A stretch of 64,000 nucleotides of DNA from an uncultured Myxococcales bacterium (GTDB lineage Bacteria > Myxococcota > UBA727 > CAYLZW01), in contig CAYLZW010000002.1 in assembly GCA_964388085.1 (NCBI GenBank), positions 225 to 64,224 on the forward strand. Direction: 5' to 3'. Position numbers and translations under genes: made by a program. Each line of letters starts with the position of its first letter. The stretch's first letter is position 1. The notes below the pieces were generated by a model that was not told the origin of the DNA, ran no database searches, and saw only the letters and a program-made list of their open reading frames with translations. This document shows positions 19,370 to 27,998 of this stretch, one piece after another.

Positions 19370-20552
19370 CGGGCACCTCTCGAGAGACGCGGGAGAAGTA
19401 GCGCGCCAGCGCGTCACCAAACAACTCGTGAGCCAAGGCAACCGGATCCTTCGGGTCGCGCGCCAGCGCCTCTCTGCCGAGCGCCGCGCGGACGGCGTCT
19501 TCGCAGCGTAACGCACCCTCCCCCACGAGCACCTCGAGGCGCTCATGGAGCGCAGCGCGATCCGGCACGGCGCGCTTGGCGTGCTCGCGAAAGGCGGCGG
19601 CCATGTCGTCGAGGGTCCGCCGCGCGGCGGCGCCGCTCGGGCTCAGCATGGCGGACAGCGCCTGCAGCATGTCTGCGCGCTCATCGTCGTCGAGCGCCGA
19701 GAACGGCTCCGTCCAATCGCTCGCCGGGGCCGCCTCCTCGAGCGCGCGCTTCGTCTCGGGGGCGTCCGGCCCTGCCGCCAGCAGGTCCTCGACGAGGAGG
19801 CGCCTCACGACGACGAAGCAGAAGCGCAGCACGGTGAAGTCGATGCTGGCGTGCACGTAGCGCGCGAACACCTGGCTGTCCGGCAGCCATCCCCGCACGC
19901 GGGAGACGACGTCGGCCGGCACCGCGGGGCCCACGATGAGGGCGCCGGCGAAGTCTTCGATGAGCTTCGGCGGCCCGGCGCACACCTCGTTCGGCCCGAT
20001 GAGGGCACCGGACTGCTCCGCCTCGTCGTGGATCGACGCGCCGGTGAGCGGCGGCGCGCTCTCGAGCTCGCCCGCCATCTCGTACAGCAGCTCGTTCAGC
20101 GACATCCGCTGCACGACGTCGTCGATGCCGCGCATAAGCTTGAAGGTCACCGCCGCGAGCGGATCGAGGGCGCCGCTCTCGACCGGTGCCTGCGCGCGGC
20201 GCGTGAGGAACCAGGGCAGCAGCTTCATGTGCTGGATGACGTGCCACACCTCGAAGAAGCGCGCGGGGGCGTGGCCGAGCGCAGCGCTGTGCAGGGAGTG
20301 GAAGTAGCCCACGAGCCCCAACACGTCGCTCCAGCGCTGCGTCATTTGCGTCAGCGCCGACGCGTTCATGGGGTGCTCGTGATGATGCCGCGAGCCCGTG
20401 TAGGGGCAGCGCTTCAAGACCATCTCGGCGCCGCCCGCCGGCTCGTCGAGGACCGCCCGCTCGCCGAGCGCTCGCCCCTCGCGATCGCGCAGGGCGAAGA
20501 TGCGCTCGCGAGGCACGTGCAGCACGAAGAGCTCACGGGGAGACGGGGACAC
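19362..20552 (-). CDS. Hypothetical protein, paralog of 18059..19369
   Basis: Shares the motif LKRCPYTGSRHHHEHPMNASALTQMT. Divergently transcribed from the HlyD-like gene (~90-nt intergenic). Confidence 0.6.
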   Translation of the reverse strand: MSPSPRELFVLHVPRERIFALRDREGRALGERAVLDEPAGGAEMVLKRCPYTGSRHHHEHPMNASALTQMTQRWSDVLGLVGYFHSLHSAALGHAPARFFEVWHVIQHMKLLPWFLTRRAQAPVESGALDPLAAVTFKLMRGIDDVVQRMSLNELLYEMAGELESAPPLTGASIHDEAEQSGALIGPNEVCAGPPKLIEDFAGALIVGPAVPADVVSRVRGWLPDSQVFARYVHASIDFTVLRFCFVVVRRLLVEDLLAAGPDAPETKRALEEAAPASDWTEPFSALDDDERADMLQALSAMLSPSGAAARRTLDDMAAAFREHAKRAVPDRAALHERLEVLVGEGALRCEDAVRAALGREALARDPKDPVALAHELFGDALARYFSRVSREVPDV

Positions 20553-20644
20553 CGTGCATGAGTAGCGCGTCCGCGGTCACGGCGTCATCGTGTCGCCCTG
20601 CAGACGGGCCAGGTGCTTCAGGTTGGTAGGCGTACCCGGCCTGC

Positions 20645-22594
20645 GTGCACGAAAGCAGCGAGGGCGACGGTCCTTGCGCTATTCTGCCCACCGGCCGTTG
20701 TCAGAAATCCTCAGCGGCCTCCTCGACGTGCATCGGTGGGACGTTGGCCACGCAGTTCCCGAAGCTACGCTCCGACTTGATCGTCCAGCGCCTCGACGAG
20801 GGCAGCCGCGTGGTGTTCGCGGTGTCGACCCCGGACGGCGCGGTCGACCAGCGCTTCAGCGAGCGGGTCTACTTCGCGATCCATGCGCTCCGGGGGGTGA
20901 ACGACGCCGGCAGCTGGCTCGCCGCAGTGCGTCAGCGCGATCCCTCGCTCACCATCGGGCAGCTGCAAAAGCTCCTCGACAAGGTGCAGGCGATGGGGCT
21001 CCTCGAGGTCACGGACCCTCGCGCGCGCGCCCCCGCTCCGCCGCCAGCGGCGGTGCACTATGTCGCTCCCCAGCCGGAGGGCGGCGGGGAGGACGACTTC
21101 GGCGAGCGCACCGTCGTCGCCGCCGTCTACAGCGATCCGTCCGTCTCGCTCGAGGCCGAGCCTCGCTTCGTCACGACACCGGTGACCGCGCCCATCGCGC
21201 CCTTCCAAGCGCCGCCCTCGGTGCCGTCCGCGCCGCCGCAGAGCGACCTCGATCGTCGCTACCTGCAGGCCGGGCTCGAGCACTTTCGCGCGGGCGCGCT
21301 CGACGAAGCCGAGCGCTACCTCCACGCCGCGCTCGAGACGAACCCGTCGAACGCCGAGGCCGGCAGCCTCTTGCAGATGGTCCGTGACGCGAAGGCCGGC
21401 CGCGGCCCTTTGAGCCGCGACGACATGCCCCCCGTCGAGGCGACGAACGAGCCGGTGCCGAGCGAAGGCGAGGAGCCCGCCGGCGAGGCGGTGGACGAAG
21501 GTGGCGCGGCTGCCTACGAGGACGCGGCGCTGCAGGCAGAGTCACAGGCGGACGCCACACGTCGACGTTGGGCTTGGCGCGCCAAGATCTTCGGGCGCCT
21601 GGTCGCGCTGCCTGCCGCCATCATCGTCGCGCTCGCGTTCATCCCCTACCCGCTCAGCATCACGTATCCGTGCGCGGTCAAGCCGCTGCAGCAGGACACC
21701 GTGCGCGCTCCACGAGACGGCGTCATCGCCGCCATCACCGTCGACGAAGGCGCGCGCGTCACGAAGGGCCAGGAGATCGGCAACCTGCACAACGCCGCGA
21801 CGCGCACCGCGGTGGTCAAGAGCCGCGCGGCCGTCGAGAAGGCGAAGGCCGAGCTGCAGGCGCTCAAGGAGGGCAACCGCGCCGAGGAGATTCAGGCGGC
21901 GCGCGCGCGTGTGAACGGCCTCTATCGCGAGCTCAGCGTCGCCAAGGACCGGGTCCGCCGCGTGCGCGGGCTGGTCAAGCAAGGCATCGCCCCGCGCGGC
22001 GAGCTCGAGACCGCGCGCGCACAGGAGGCGGCCATCTCCGGCCAGCTCTCGCAAGCCAACGCGGACCTGAAGCTCGTGCAGGCCGGCGCGCGCGACGACG
22101 AGCTGGTGAAGAAGGAGGCCGAGATCAAGAGCCTGCAGGCGCAGCTCGAGCTCGACGAGGCGAACCTCGAAGGCACCGTGTTGCGCTCCTCCATGGACGG
22201 CCTCGTGACGACGCTGAAGCCGCGCGACCTCGTCAGCACGCGCGTGGTCGCCGGCCAGCCCGTGCTCGAGATCGCCGTGCTCGACGAGATGCTCGCCGAG
22301 GTGCTCGTCAACGAGCGCGACTTCGACGTGCTGAAGCCCGGGCTGCCGATCGAGATCAAGGTCGCGGCCTACCCCGGCGCCGTGTTCCAGGGGAAGGTGG
22401 AGCGCATCGCGCAGCAGGTCGAGATCATCGACGGGCAGACCATCATCCGCGTCGAGGGCGCCATCAAGAACCAGGACGGGCTGCTCGTGCCCAACATGAC
22501 GGGCTTCGCGCAGATCGAAGCGGAGGAGATCCCCATCTTGAAGCTGCTGACGCGCCGCGCGATCCGCTGGATCCGCGTCCGCTTCCTCATCTGA
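20645..22594 (+). CDS. HlyD-family periplasmic adaptor (membrane fusion protein) with long cytoplasmic N-terminal extension
   Basis: Single TM (LVALPAAIIVALAFIPY) at ~aa 320, then a biotinyl/lipoyl-like hairpin plus coiled coil (KAELQALKEG...LKLVQAG) and a beta-barrel region typical of HlyD. The N-terminal 300 aa are unusual for HlyD. Start uncertain. Confidence 0.75.
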   Translation: MHESSEGDGPCAILPTGRCQKSSAASSTCIGGTLATQFPKLRSDLIVQRLDEGSRVVFAVSTPDGAVDQRFSERVYFAIHALRGVNDAGSWLAAVRQRDPSLTIGQLQKLLDKVQAMGLLEVTDPRARAPAPPPAAVHYVAPQPEGGGEDDFGERTVVAAVYSDPSVSLEAEPRFVTTPVTAPIAPFQAPPSVPSAPPQSDLDRRYLQAGLEHFRAGALDEAERYLHAALETNPSNAEAGSLLQMVRDAKAGRGPLSRDDMPPVEATNEPVPSEGEEPAGEAVDEGGAAAYEDAALQAESQADATRRRWAWRAKIFGRLVALPAAIIVALAFIPYPLSITYPCAVKPLQQDTVRAPRDGVIAAITVDEGARVTKGQEIGNLHNAATRTAVVKSRAAVEKAKAELQALKEGNRAEEIQAARARVNGLYRELSVAKDRVRRVRGLVKQGIAPRGELETARAQEAAISGQLSQANADLKLVQAGARDDELVKKEAEIKSLQAQLELDEANLEGTVLRSSMDGLVTTLKPRDLVSTRVVAGQPVLEIAVLDEMLAEVLVNERDFDVLKPGLPIEIKVAAYPGAVFQGKVERIAQQVEIIDGQTIIRVEGAIKNQDGLLVPNMTGFAQIEAEEIPILKLLTRRAIRWIRVRFLI

Positions 22595-22612
22595 GCTGCG
22601 CAAGGAGGAGCC

Positions 22613-25165
22613 GTGACCGTCGAACGACCGCTGGGACGCGACGACCTCGAGATCGCTCCTCGCATGGTGAACGGCGAGCTCACCTACTTCGTCGCGGATC
22701 CGCTGAAGAACGAATACCAGCAGCTCGAGGAGCTCCAGTACGAGGTGTTCCGCCGGCTCGACGGCCAGCGCAGCATCGACGACATCTGTAAGGAGCTGTA
22801 CGACACCTACGAGCTCGAGGTGGACGCACAAGAGCTCGCCGAGTTCATCGACAACCTCGGTGAGCTCAACCTGCTCGACATCACGAGCGACGAGCGCGTC
22901 GACACCAAAGACGGCCTCGACCTCGCGAAGAAGGTGAAGAAGTTCCTCGAGCGCGAAGGCGTCGCCTACAGAGGACGGGGCGTCGCCAGCCGCGCACCGC
23001 ACGGTCGCGAGCGGCGCGGCAACCAGCGCGACGCGCAAGCCATCGACCGCGCGCTCGAGCACCTCGACCGGGGTGAGATCCGTCCCTGCGCCATCGTGCT
23101 CCGTCAGCTGCTGACGACGAGCCCGAGCAATTGGCGGGCGCGCTATCTGCTTCAGGCCCTACAGAAGGCAAACGTCGGCGGCCTGCGCAACATCGACAAC
23201 GCGTGGTGGTGGCGGGTGCCGCTCACGAACCCGGATCGCTGGCTCGGGCGCCTCGAGCGCGTGCTGCGGCCGTTCGTGTTCAACCGCCTGTTCCTGCCCG
23301 CGTTCCTGCTGCTGTTCGCGTTCGCCTGGGTCCTCGTCGGCTACCAATGGGAGCGCCTCGAGCAGGACCTGCGCCACATGATGCGCTTCGGCTGGATGCT
23401 CGAGTACCCGCTGTTCTTCCCGCTCTTCTTCCTCTCCGTCACGCTGTCGATGGCGCTGCACGAGCTCGCCCACGGCGTGACGTGCAAACACTTCGGCGGC
23501 CACGTCCGGGAGATGGGGCTGCTGTTCGCCTACGGCAGCCCCGCCGCCTATTGCGACATCTCCGCGACCTATCTCTTCGAGAACCGCTGGCATCGTGTCG
23601 CGGTGCCCGTCGCCGGCCCCATCTTCACGCTCGCGTACTGGGCGCTCACCGTCGTCGTCTACTCGCTGGTGGAGTCGAACAGCGCCCTCGGCGTCTATTG
23701 CGTGGTGTCGATCCCGCTCATCATGGTCGAGAGCATGGGGGCGATGCTCAACCCGCTGGTGAAGAACGACACCTATTACGCCCTCACCGACGCCCTCGAC
23801 TATCCGAACCTGCGCGATGACGCCTTTCAGTATCTGCAGGCGCGCGTCGAGGGCTGGCTCGTCGCGCAGCACATCGAGATGCCGGAGGAGATGGAGGCGC
23901 GACGCGGCACGCTGCTCGGCTACGCGATCCCCGGCACCCTGTTCACGGGCGTCGTCATCATCGCGATGCTGTACACGTTCGCCCAGATCCTGGTTCGCGA
24001 GCTGCACACGCTGGGGCTCATCCTGAGCGTCGCGTTGTTCTGGTACACCGTCGCCCGCCCCGTCCGTCGTTGGTTCGGGAGCTTGTGGCAGCGACGGGCG
24101 CTGTTCTGGCAGTCACGCCGCTTCAAGCGCATTGTCACGGCGACGGGGACGGCGCTCGTGTTGGCGCTCATCGCCCCGTGGCCGCTACGCATCGAAGGCC
24201 CTTGCACCGTGACCCCCGAGATCAAGAAGGTGCGCGCGCCGCGAAGCGACATCATCGTCGAGGTGCTCGCCCAGGAAGGGGAGCATGTCGCGGAGGGGCA
24301 GCCCCTGCTCCGGCTGCGATCGGAAGAGCAGGTCGCCGCGCTGATCCACGCGGAGGCCGAGCTCGAGACCGGCGAGCTCGAGCTGGCGCGCCTGGTCACC
24401 GGTATGCGCAGCGAAGAACGCGGCGTGCTCGTCGCCCAGGTCACGAGCGGGCGGCGCTCGCTACGCGCCGCGGCAGCTCGCGTTCACCGCCTGCGCAGCC
24501 TCGTCGGTCGGGGGCTCGCCTCCCGCGCGGCCCTCGAGGAGGCGCTCGCCGCCGAGGCCGCCGCGCGCACGGACGCCTCGTCGGCGTCCATGAAGCTGCG
24601 CGCGAAGGCCGCGGCGGCGTCGTCGAGCGACCTGATGATCGCGCAGTCGCAGGTCGAGCTGCTCATCGCGCAGCGCGACGCGGCCCGCCGGGAGCTCGAG
24701 CAGTCGCTCGTGCGCAGCCCCGCCGACGGCTATGTCCTCTCGGTCCCAGGCACTCCCGCCAGCGAGCTCGTCGGCTCGCACCTCGAGGCGGGCACCGAGC
24801 TGCTGCGCGTGCGCACCGGCGGCCCGGTCCGCTTGTCCGTCGAGATCCCCGTCACCGAGCCCATCTCGTCGCTGACGCCCGGCGCCAAGGTGGAGGCGCG
24901 CCTGCTCGGCTTCCCCTCCCTCGCCATCGCGGGCACGCTCGAACGCGTGAGCCGATCGTTCGCGGAGGCGTCGCAGAACGACACCGGCATCTCGGTCTTG
25001 CCGGCCGACGTGCTCCTCGACGAGGAGAGCGTAGCGCCGGGGACGCTCGCCGCGGGCCTGAGCGGGCGCGTGAGCATGCGCGCCGGCTGGCATCCGGTCG
25101 CTTGGCACATCTATTTGCGTGTCGCGCGGCTCATCCAGATCGACGCGAGCCGCCTGCTCGGCTGA
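22613..25165 (+). CDS. Tripartite fusion: PqqD-like (RRE) domain + M50-like membrane zinc protease + HlyD-like adaptor
   Basis: GTG start with AAGGAGG RBS. The N-terminus DDLEIAPRMVNGELTYFVADPLKNEYQQLEELQYEVFRRLDGQRSIDDI is PqqD/RRE-like. HELAHGV (HExxH) sits within a multi-TM region. C-terminal hairpin/coiled-coil HlyD-like region (EAELETGELELARL...). Confidence 0.8.
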   Translation: MTVERPLGRDDLEIAPRMVNGELTYFVADPLKNEYQQLEELQYEVFRRLDGQRSIDDICKELYDTYELEVDAQELAEFIDNLGELNLLDITSDERVDTKDGLDLAKKVKKFLEREGVAYRGRGVASRAPHGRERRGNQRDAQAIDRALEHLDRGEIRPCAIVLRQLLTTSPSNWRARYLLQALQKANVGGLRNIDNAWWWRVPLTNPDRWLGRLERVLRPFVFNRLFLPAFLLLFAFAWVLVGYQWERLEQDLRHMMRFGWMLEYPLFFPLFFLSVTLSMALHELAHGVTCKHFGGHVREMGLLFAYGSPAAYCDISATYLFENRWHRVAVPVAGPIFTLAYWALTVVVYSLVESNSALGVYCVVSIPLIMVESMGAMLNPLVKNDTYYALTDALDYPNLRDDAFQYLQARVEGWLVAQHIEMPEEMEARRGTLLGYAIPGTLFTGVVIIAMLYTFAQILVRELHTLGLILSVALFWYTVARPVRRWFGSLWQRRALFWQSRRFKRIVTATGTALVLALIAPWPLRIEGPCTVTPEIKKVRAPRSDIIVEVLAQEGEHVAEGQPLLRLRSEEQVAALIHAEAELETGELELARLVTGMRSEERGVLVAQVTSGRRSLRAAAARVHRLRSLVGRGLASRAALEEALAAEAAARTDASSASMKLRAKAAAASSSDLMIAQSQVELLIAQRDAARRELEQSLVRSPADGYVLSVPGTPASELVGSHLEAGTELLRVRTGGPVRLSVEIPVTEPISSLTPGAKVEARLLGFPSLAIAGTLERVSRSFAEASQNDTGISVLPADVLLDEESVAPGTLAAGLSGRVSMRAGWHPVAWHIYLRVARLIQIDASRLLG

Positions 25166-25182
25166 CGGGTCGTCCACTCGCC

Positions 25183-27531
25183 TCACGCGTTCGCGTGCGG
25201 ATCGCGATTGCGCTCCCCCGGTGGCAGACACGGGCGCCCCGCGCGCGCCGCGACCTCGTCGAGGCGAGACGTCGCCAGCCGCCGGCTCTGGCGTCCCGGC
25301 GTGAGCTCCACCAGCCCGGGCACGAGCACCTTGCAGACGCGGAAGCCGATCTCCGCGATCTCGTCGGACACGAGGTCGAACGCGAAGGCCTCGAGGTCGC
25401 GCTCCTCCAGCGCGGCGAGGATGTGCTCGACGTCAGTCCTCGGATCGACGCCGCCGACGGGCGCGATGTCGTCGAGCGCGACGGTGTCGTCGGCGACGAG
25501 AAACGAGAGCTTCGCCGCGTTGGCTGGGTTCAAGTAGTAGAGGTACGTCGGGAACCAGGTGCGCCAGCCCTGCTCCACGTCTTCGGGATCATAAGGCGTA
25601 TTGCGCCAGTCCTTGGCGGGGTCGGGCGTCATGCCGAGGGTCTCGTAGTGCAACGCCAGCTCGCACAGCCCTCGCGAGAGCGCGGCTCGTGGGTCCAGAT
25701 CGGCGGTGGCGACGACGACCATCCCGCCCGCGTCGAAGTTTCCGCGCCGCTCGCGCATGCGACCGAGGGTCAAGAAGGCCGGCAGATCGAAGTCGATGCG
25801 CAGATCGAGGACCACGACGTCCATGCCCGCGGCGTCGACGAAGCGCAGCAGCTCATCCGCATAGGCGTCGGGCAGCGTCGGCGGGAGCCGCACTCGCCGC
25901 AACGCCATGCGTTTGTACCACGCGATGACGTACTGATCGCGCTCGATGACCTCGCGCAGACCGTTCAGCAACGCGCGACGATAGGACACGTGCGACGCGC
26001 CGCCCGTCGTCAGGTTCTGATCGACGACGCGGTTTGGGTACGTGTCGTCGGTGAGGCACGGCGTCACGAGCTCTTGCGGGAACAGCTTCGCTTCGCCTGT
26101 CTTCAGCGAGCATCCCCAGGTCCAGTTGAGCGGGTGGTCGTCCGAGAAGCGGGGGCGCGGAAAGCCCGGCGTGCGGTATTGCTCCTCCTCGTAAAGGATC
26201 AGGCCGCGCGGATCGAAGGCGTGCCCGGCGACGTCTCGGTACGGCACGCCGACGAGATAAGGGCGGTGCGTGTACTGCGCGTAGCGCTCTATCCCCTCGC
26301 TCATCGACACGAGGCGTCGATGCTGCAGCGTCGGGCCCGTGCCGTTGATGCCCTGAAACCCCGTGGAGATGTGCTCTCGGCCGCGGGCGAGCGCGACGCC
26401 CCCCCAGCACAGCGGGAAGCGGCGGAAATAGTGCGCGCGCTCGCTCCACTCCTCGGCGTACTTGAAGATGCCCGTGGCCGGGTCGTTGTAATCCAGCATC
26501 AGGCGGTCGTCGGGCACGTCAACGTCGACGTCATCGCGCAGGATTGCGCGCCAACGCTCGGCATAAGCGCGCGCCGCGTCGTCGAGGGGCGCCGCGCTCG
26601 CCCCCGTGAAGGCCTTGACGCTCGGTCCGCACGCCGGGCAGTGCGCGTGGCGGATGACGCGATGTGCGGTCACCAGCCCGGTGCGATGGCAGACGCGCAC
26701 GGCGGCGTCGCGGCGTCCGGCGAACGCGCCGTCATCGTCGACGGCGGAGAGAAACCCCAGCAGCGCCGCGGCGACGCGCTGCGCTCGACCATCGACGGTG
26801 CGCGCCGCGAAGCGCACGACCGGCTCCCGTTCCGCCGCGTCCCACAGCTCGACCTGATGCCAATGCACACGCGCCATGACGCGCAGCGCGAGACAGGTCG
26901 AGCACGGCGTCGCCGACGGGCGCAGCGGCCCGATGAACGTCTCGTCGGCCATGAGCACGACGGGAACGAAGCTGAGCCCCAGCTCGAGCGCAGCGGCCTC
27001 TAGCTGGTCGCGCCTGCGATCGTGCACGGTCTGAAAGCAGGCGACCACGAGACATCCCCGCGCACGCGCGAGGTCGCTCGGGTGCGCGCTCGCCAGGACG
27101 GTGACGTCGATGCCGGCCGCTCGCAGCGCCTCCGCGACCGAAGGCGTGGTCGCGTCGTCACCGAGGAGGAGCGCCCCCTTCGCGAGCGCGGCCGCGACGC
27201 GCGTGCTCGCGAAGTCGAGTGAGACCGCGGAGGCCCGCTCGACGGCGCCCTCCGCCAGGAGGAGATCGAGGACCTCTCCGACGTCGTCCTCCCCGAGCCC
27301 GCTCGCCTCCGCCAGCTCCCGGAGCGTCTTCGGCTGCTCGAGGCCGCGCAGCACCGCGCCGACCGGTCCGTCTGCGTCCGCGTCGATCTCCCGCACCATC
27401 TCGCGGTCCGACACCGCGATGCGCCCACTTCGGGAGAAGCACGTGACAGAGCTGACGAGTTGGTAGCGCGCCTCGGCCGGAGCTTCGTTGGGGGCGCGCG
27501 CGTCGGCGGGAGCCACTTCGTCGTGCGACAT
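25183..27531 (-). CDS. Fused E1-like (ThiF/MoeB-type, with CxxC) / YcaO-domain protein (RiPP-type cyclodehydratase or thioamidase)
   Basis: YcaO motifs GTGPTLQHRRLVSMSEGIERYAQ (SEAIERY-like), WGGVALARGREHISTGFQGIN and a proline-rich C-terminal region. The N-terminal half is Rossmann-like with HCPACG. Most N-terminal ~80 aa are helix-turn-helix/RRE-like. Confidence 0.85.
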   Translation of the reverse strand: MSHDEVAPADARAPNEAPAEARYQLVSSVTCFSRSGRIAVSDREMVREIDADADGPVGAVLRGLEQPKTLRELAEASGLGEDDVGEVLDLLLAEGAVERASAVSLDFASTRVAAALAKGALLLGDDATTPSVAEALRAAGIDVTVLASAHPSDLARARGCLVVACFQTVHDRRRDQLEAAALELGLSFVPVVLMADETFIGPLRPSATPCSTCLALRVMARVHWHQVELWDAAEREPVVRFAARTVDGRAQRVAAALLGFLSAVDDDGAFAGRRDAAVRVCHRTGLVTAHRVIRHAHCPACGPSVKAFTGASAAPLDDAARAYAERWRAILRDDVDVDVPDDRLMLDYNDPATGIFKYAEEWSERAHYFRRFPLCWGGVALARGREHISTGFQGINGTGPTLQHRRLVSMSEGIERYAQYTHRPYLVGVPYRDVAGHAFDPRGLILYEEEQYRTPGFPRPRFSDDHPLNWTWGCSLKTGEAKLFPQELVTPCLTDDTYPNRVVDQNLTTGGASHVSYRRALLNGLREVIERDQYVIAWYKRMALRRVRLPPTLPDAYADELLRFVDAAGMDVVVLDLRIDFDLPAFLTLGRMRERRGNFDAGGMVVVATADLDPRAALSRGLCELALHYETLGMTPDPAKDWRNTPYDPEDVEQGWRTWFPTYLYYLNPANAAKLSFLVADDTVALDDIAPVGGVDPRTDVEHILAALEERDLEAFAFDLVSDEIAEIGFRVCKVLVPGLVELTPGRQSRRLATSRLDEVAARAGRPCLPPGERNRDPHANA

Positions 27532-27653
27532 TCTCTCTCGACGAGCTCGTCGCTCGCGCTCGCAGGGCGGCGATCGCGGGAGCAGACGAGGAAGAAGGTG
27601 GAGGGGCGCTCGCGCTATCCCGCCTTACGGTGGGCCGCTAACAGAACCGATGA

Positions 27654-27773
27654 TCAGGTGTACCCAATCACCGGGCTCGACCCACGCGCTTTCATGGGGG
27701 CCGTCTTCTTCTCGAGCGTCTTGACCTTGAGGTTCAACTTCTTCTTCTCAGGAGCCTGAAGCTTCGCGTCCAT
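27654..27773 (-). CDS. Candidate small ORF (39 aa, Lys-rich: MDAKLQAPEKKKLNLKVKTLEKKTAPMKARGSSPVIGYT)
   Basis: 33/38 codons end in G/C, consistent with genuine coding. AAGAGG lies 6 nt upstream of the ATG. Located in an AT-richer 470-nt divergent region, same strand as and ~120 nt upstream of the YcaO gene. Confidence 0.35.
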   Translation of the reverse strand: MDAKLQAPEKKKLNLKVKTLEKKTAPMKARGSSPVIGYT

Positions 27774-27998
27774 GGTCTGCCTCTTGATTCGCCAGCGCAC
27801 CATATCGAGAACGACGTAGGTGGCATGGGGCACGTGAACAAGGTTTCCCTTGCACACGACATCTCACTCAACGACGCGAGTGCCCCTCCTCACTGATCTG
27901 TAGTGCGGGAAGACACGCCGACGCAAGCTTGCTTCCCGATGGGACATGTGCGCGGGTGTAGTCGTGTCCGTTTTACACACCCGCGCTAGAGTGTCGTC

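Noticed and set aside
27460-27759. 99-aa plus-strand ORF in the YcaO/hydrolase intergenic region
   Set aside because: Poor GC3 bias and no RBS. It overlaps the better-supported minus-strand small ORF and the YcaO start.
27654-27773. Resemblance of the small ORF C-terminus (PVIGYT) to methanobactin MbnA leader (…LPVIGRA…)
   Set aside because: Only a 4-residue coincidence. There is no Cys-rich core and no MbnB/MbnC-like genes nearby.
27654-27857. Longer 67-aa version of the small ORF (start MCKGNLVHV)
   Set aside because: The upstream 28 codons are AT-rich with poor codon bias and no RBS. The internal ATG with AAGAGG is preferred. Even the short version is only a candidate.
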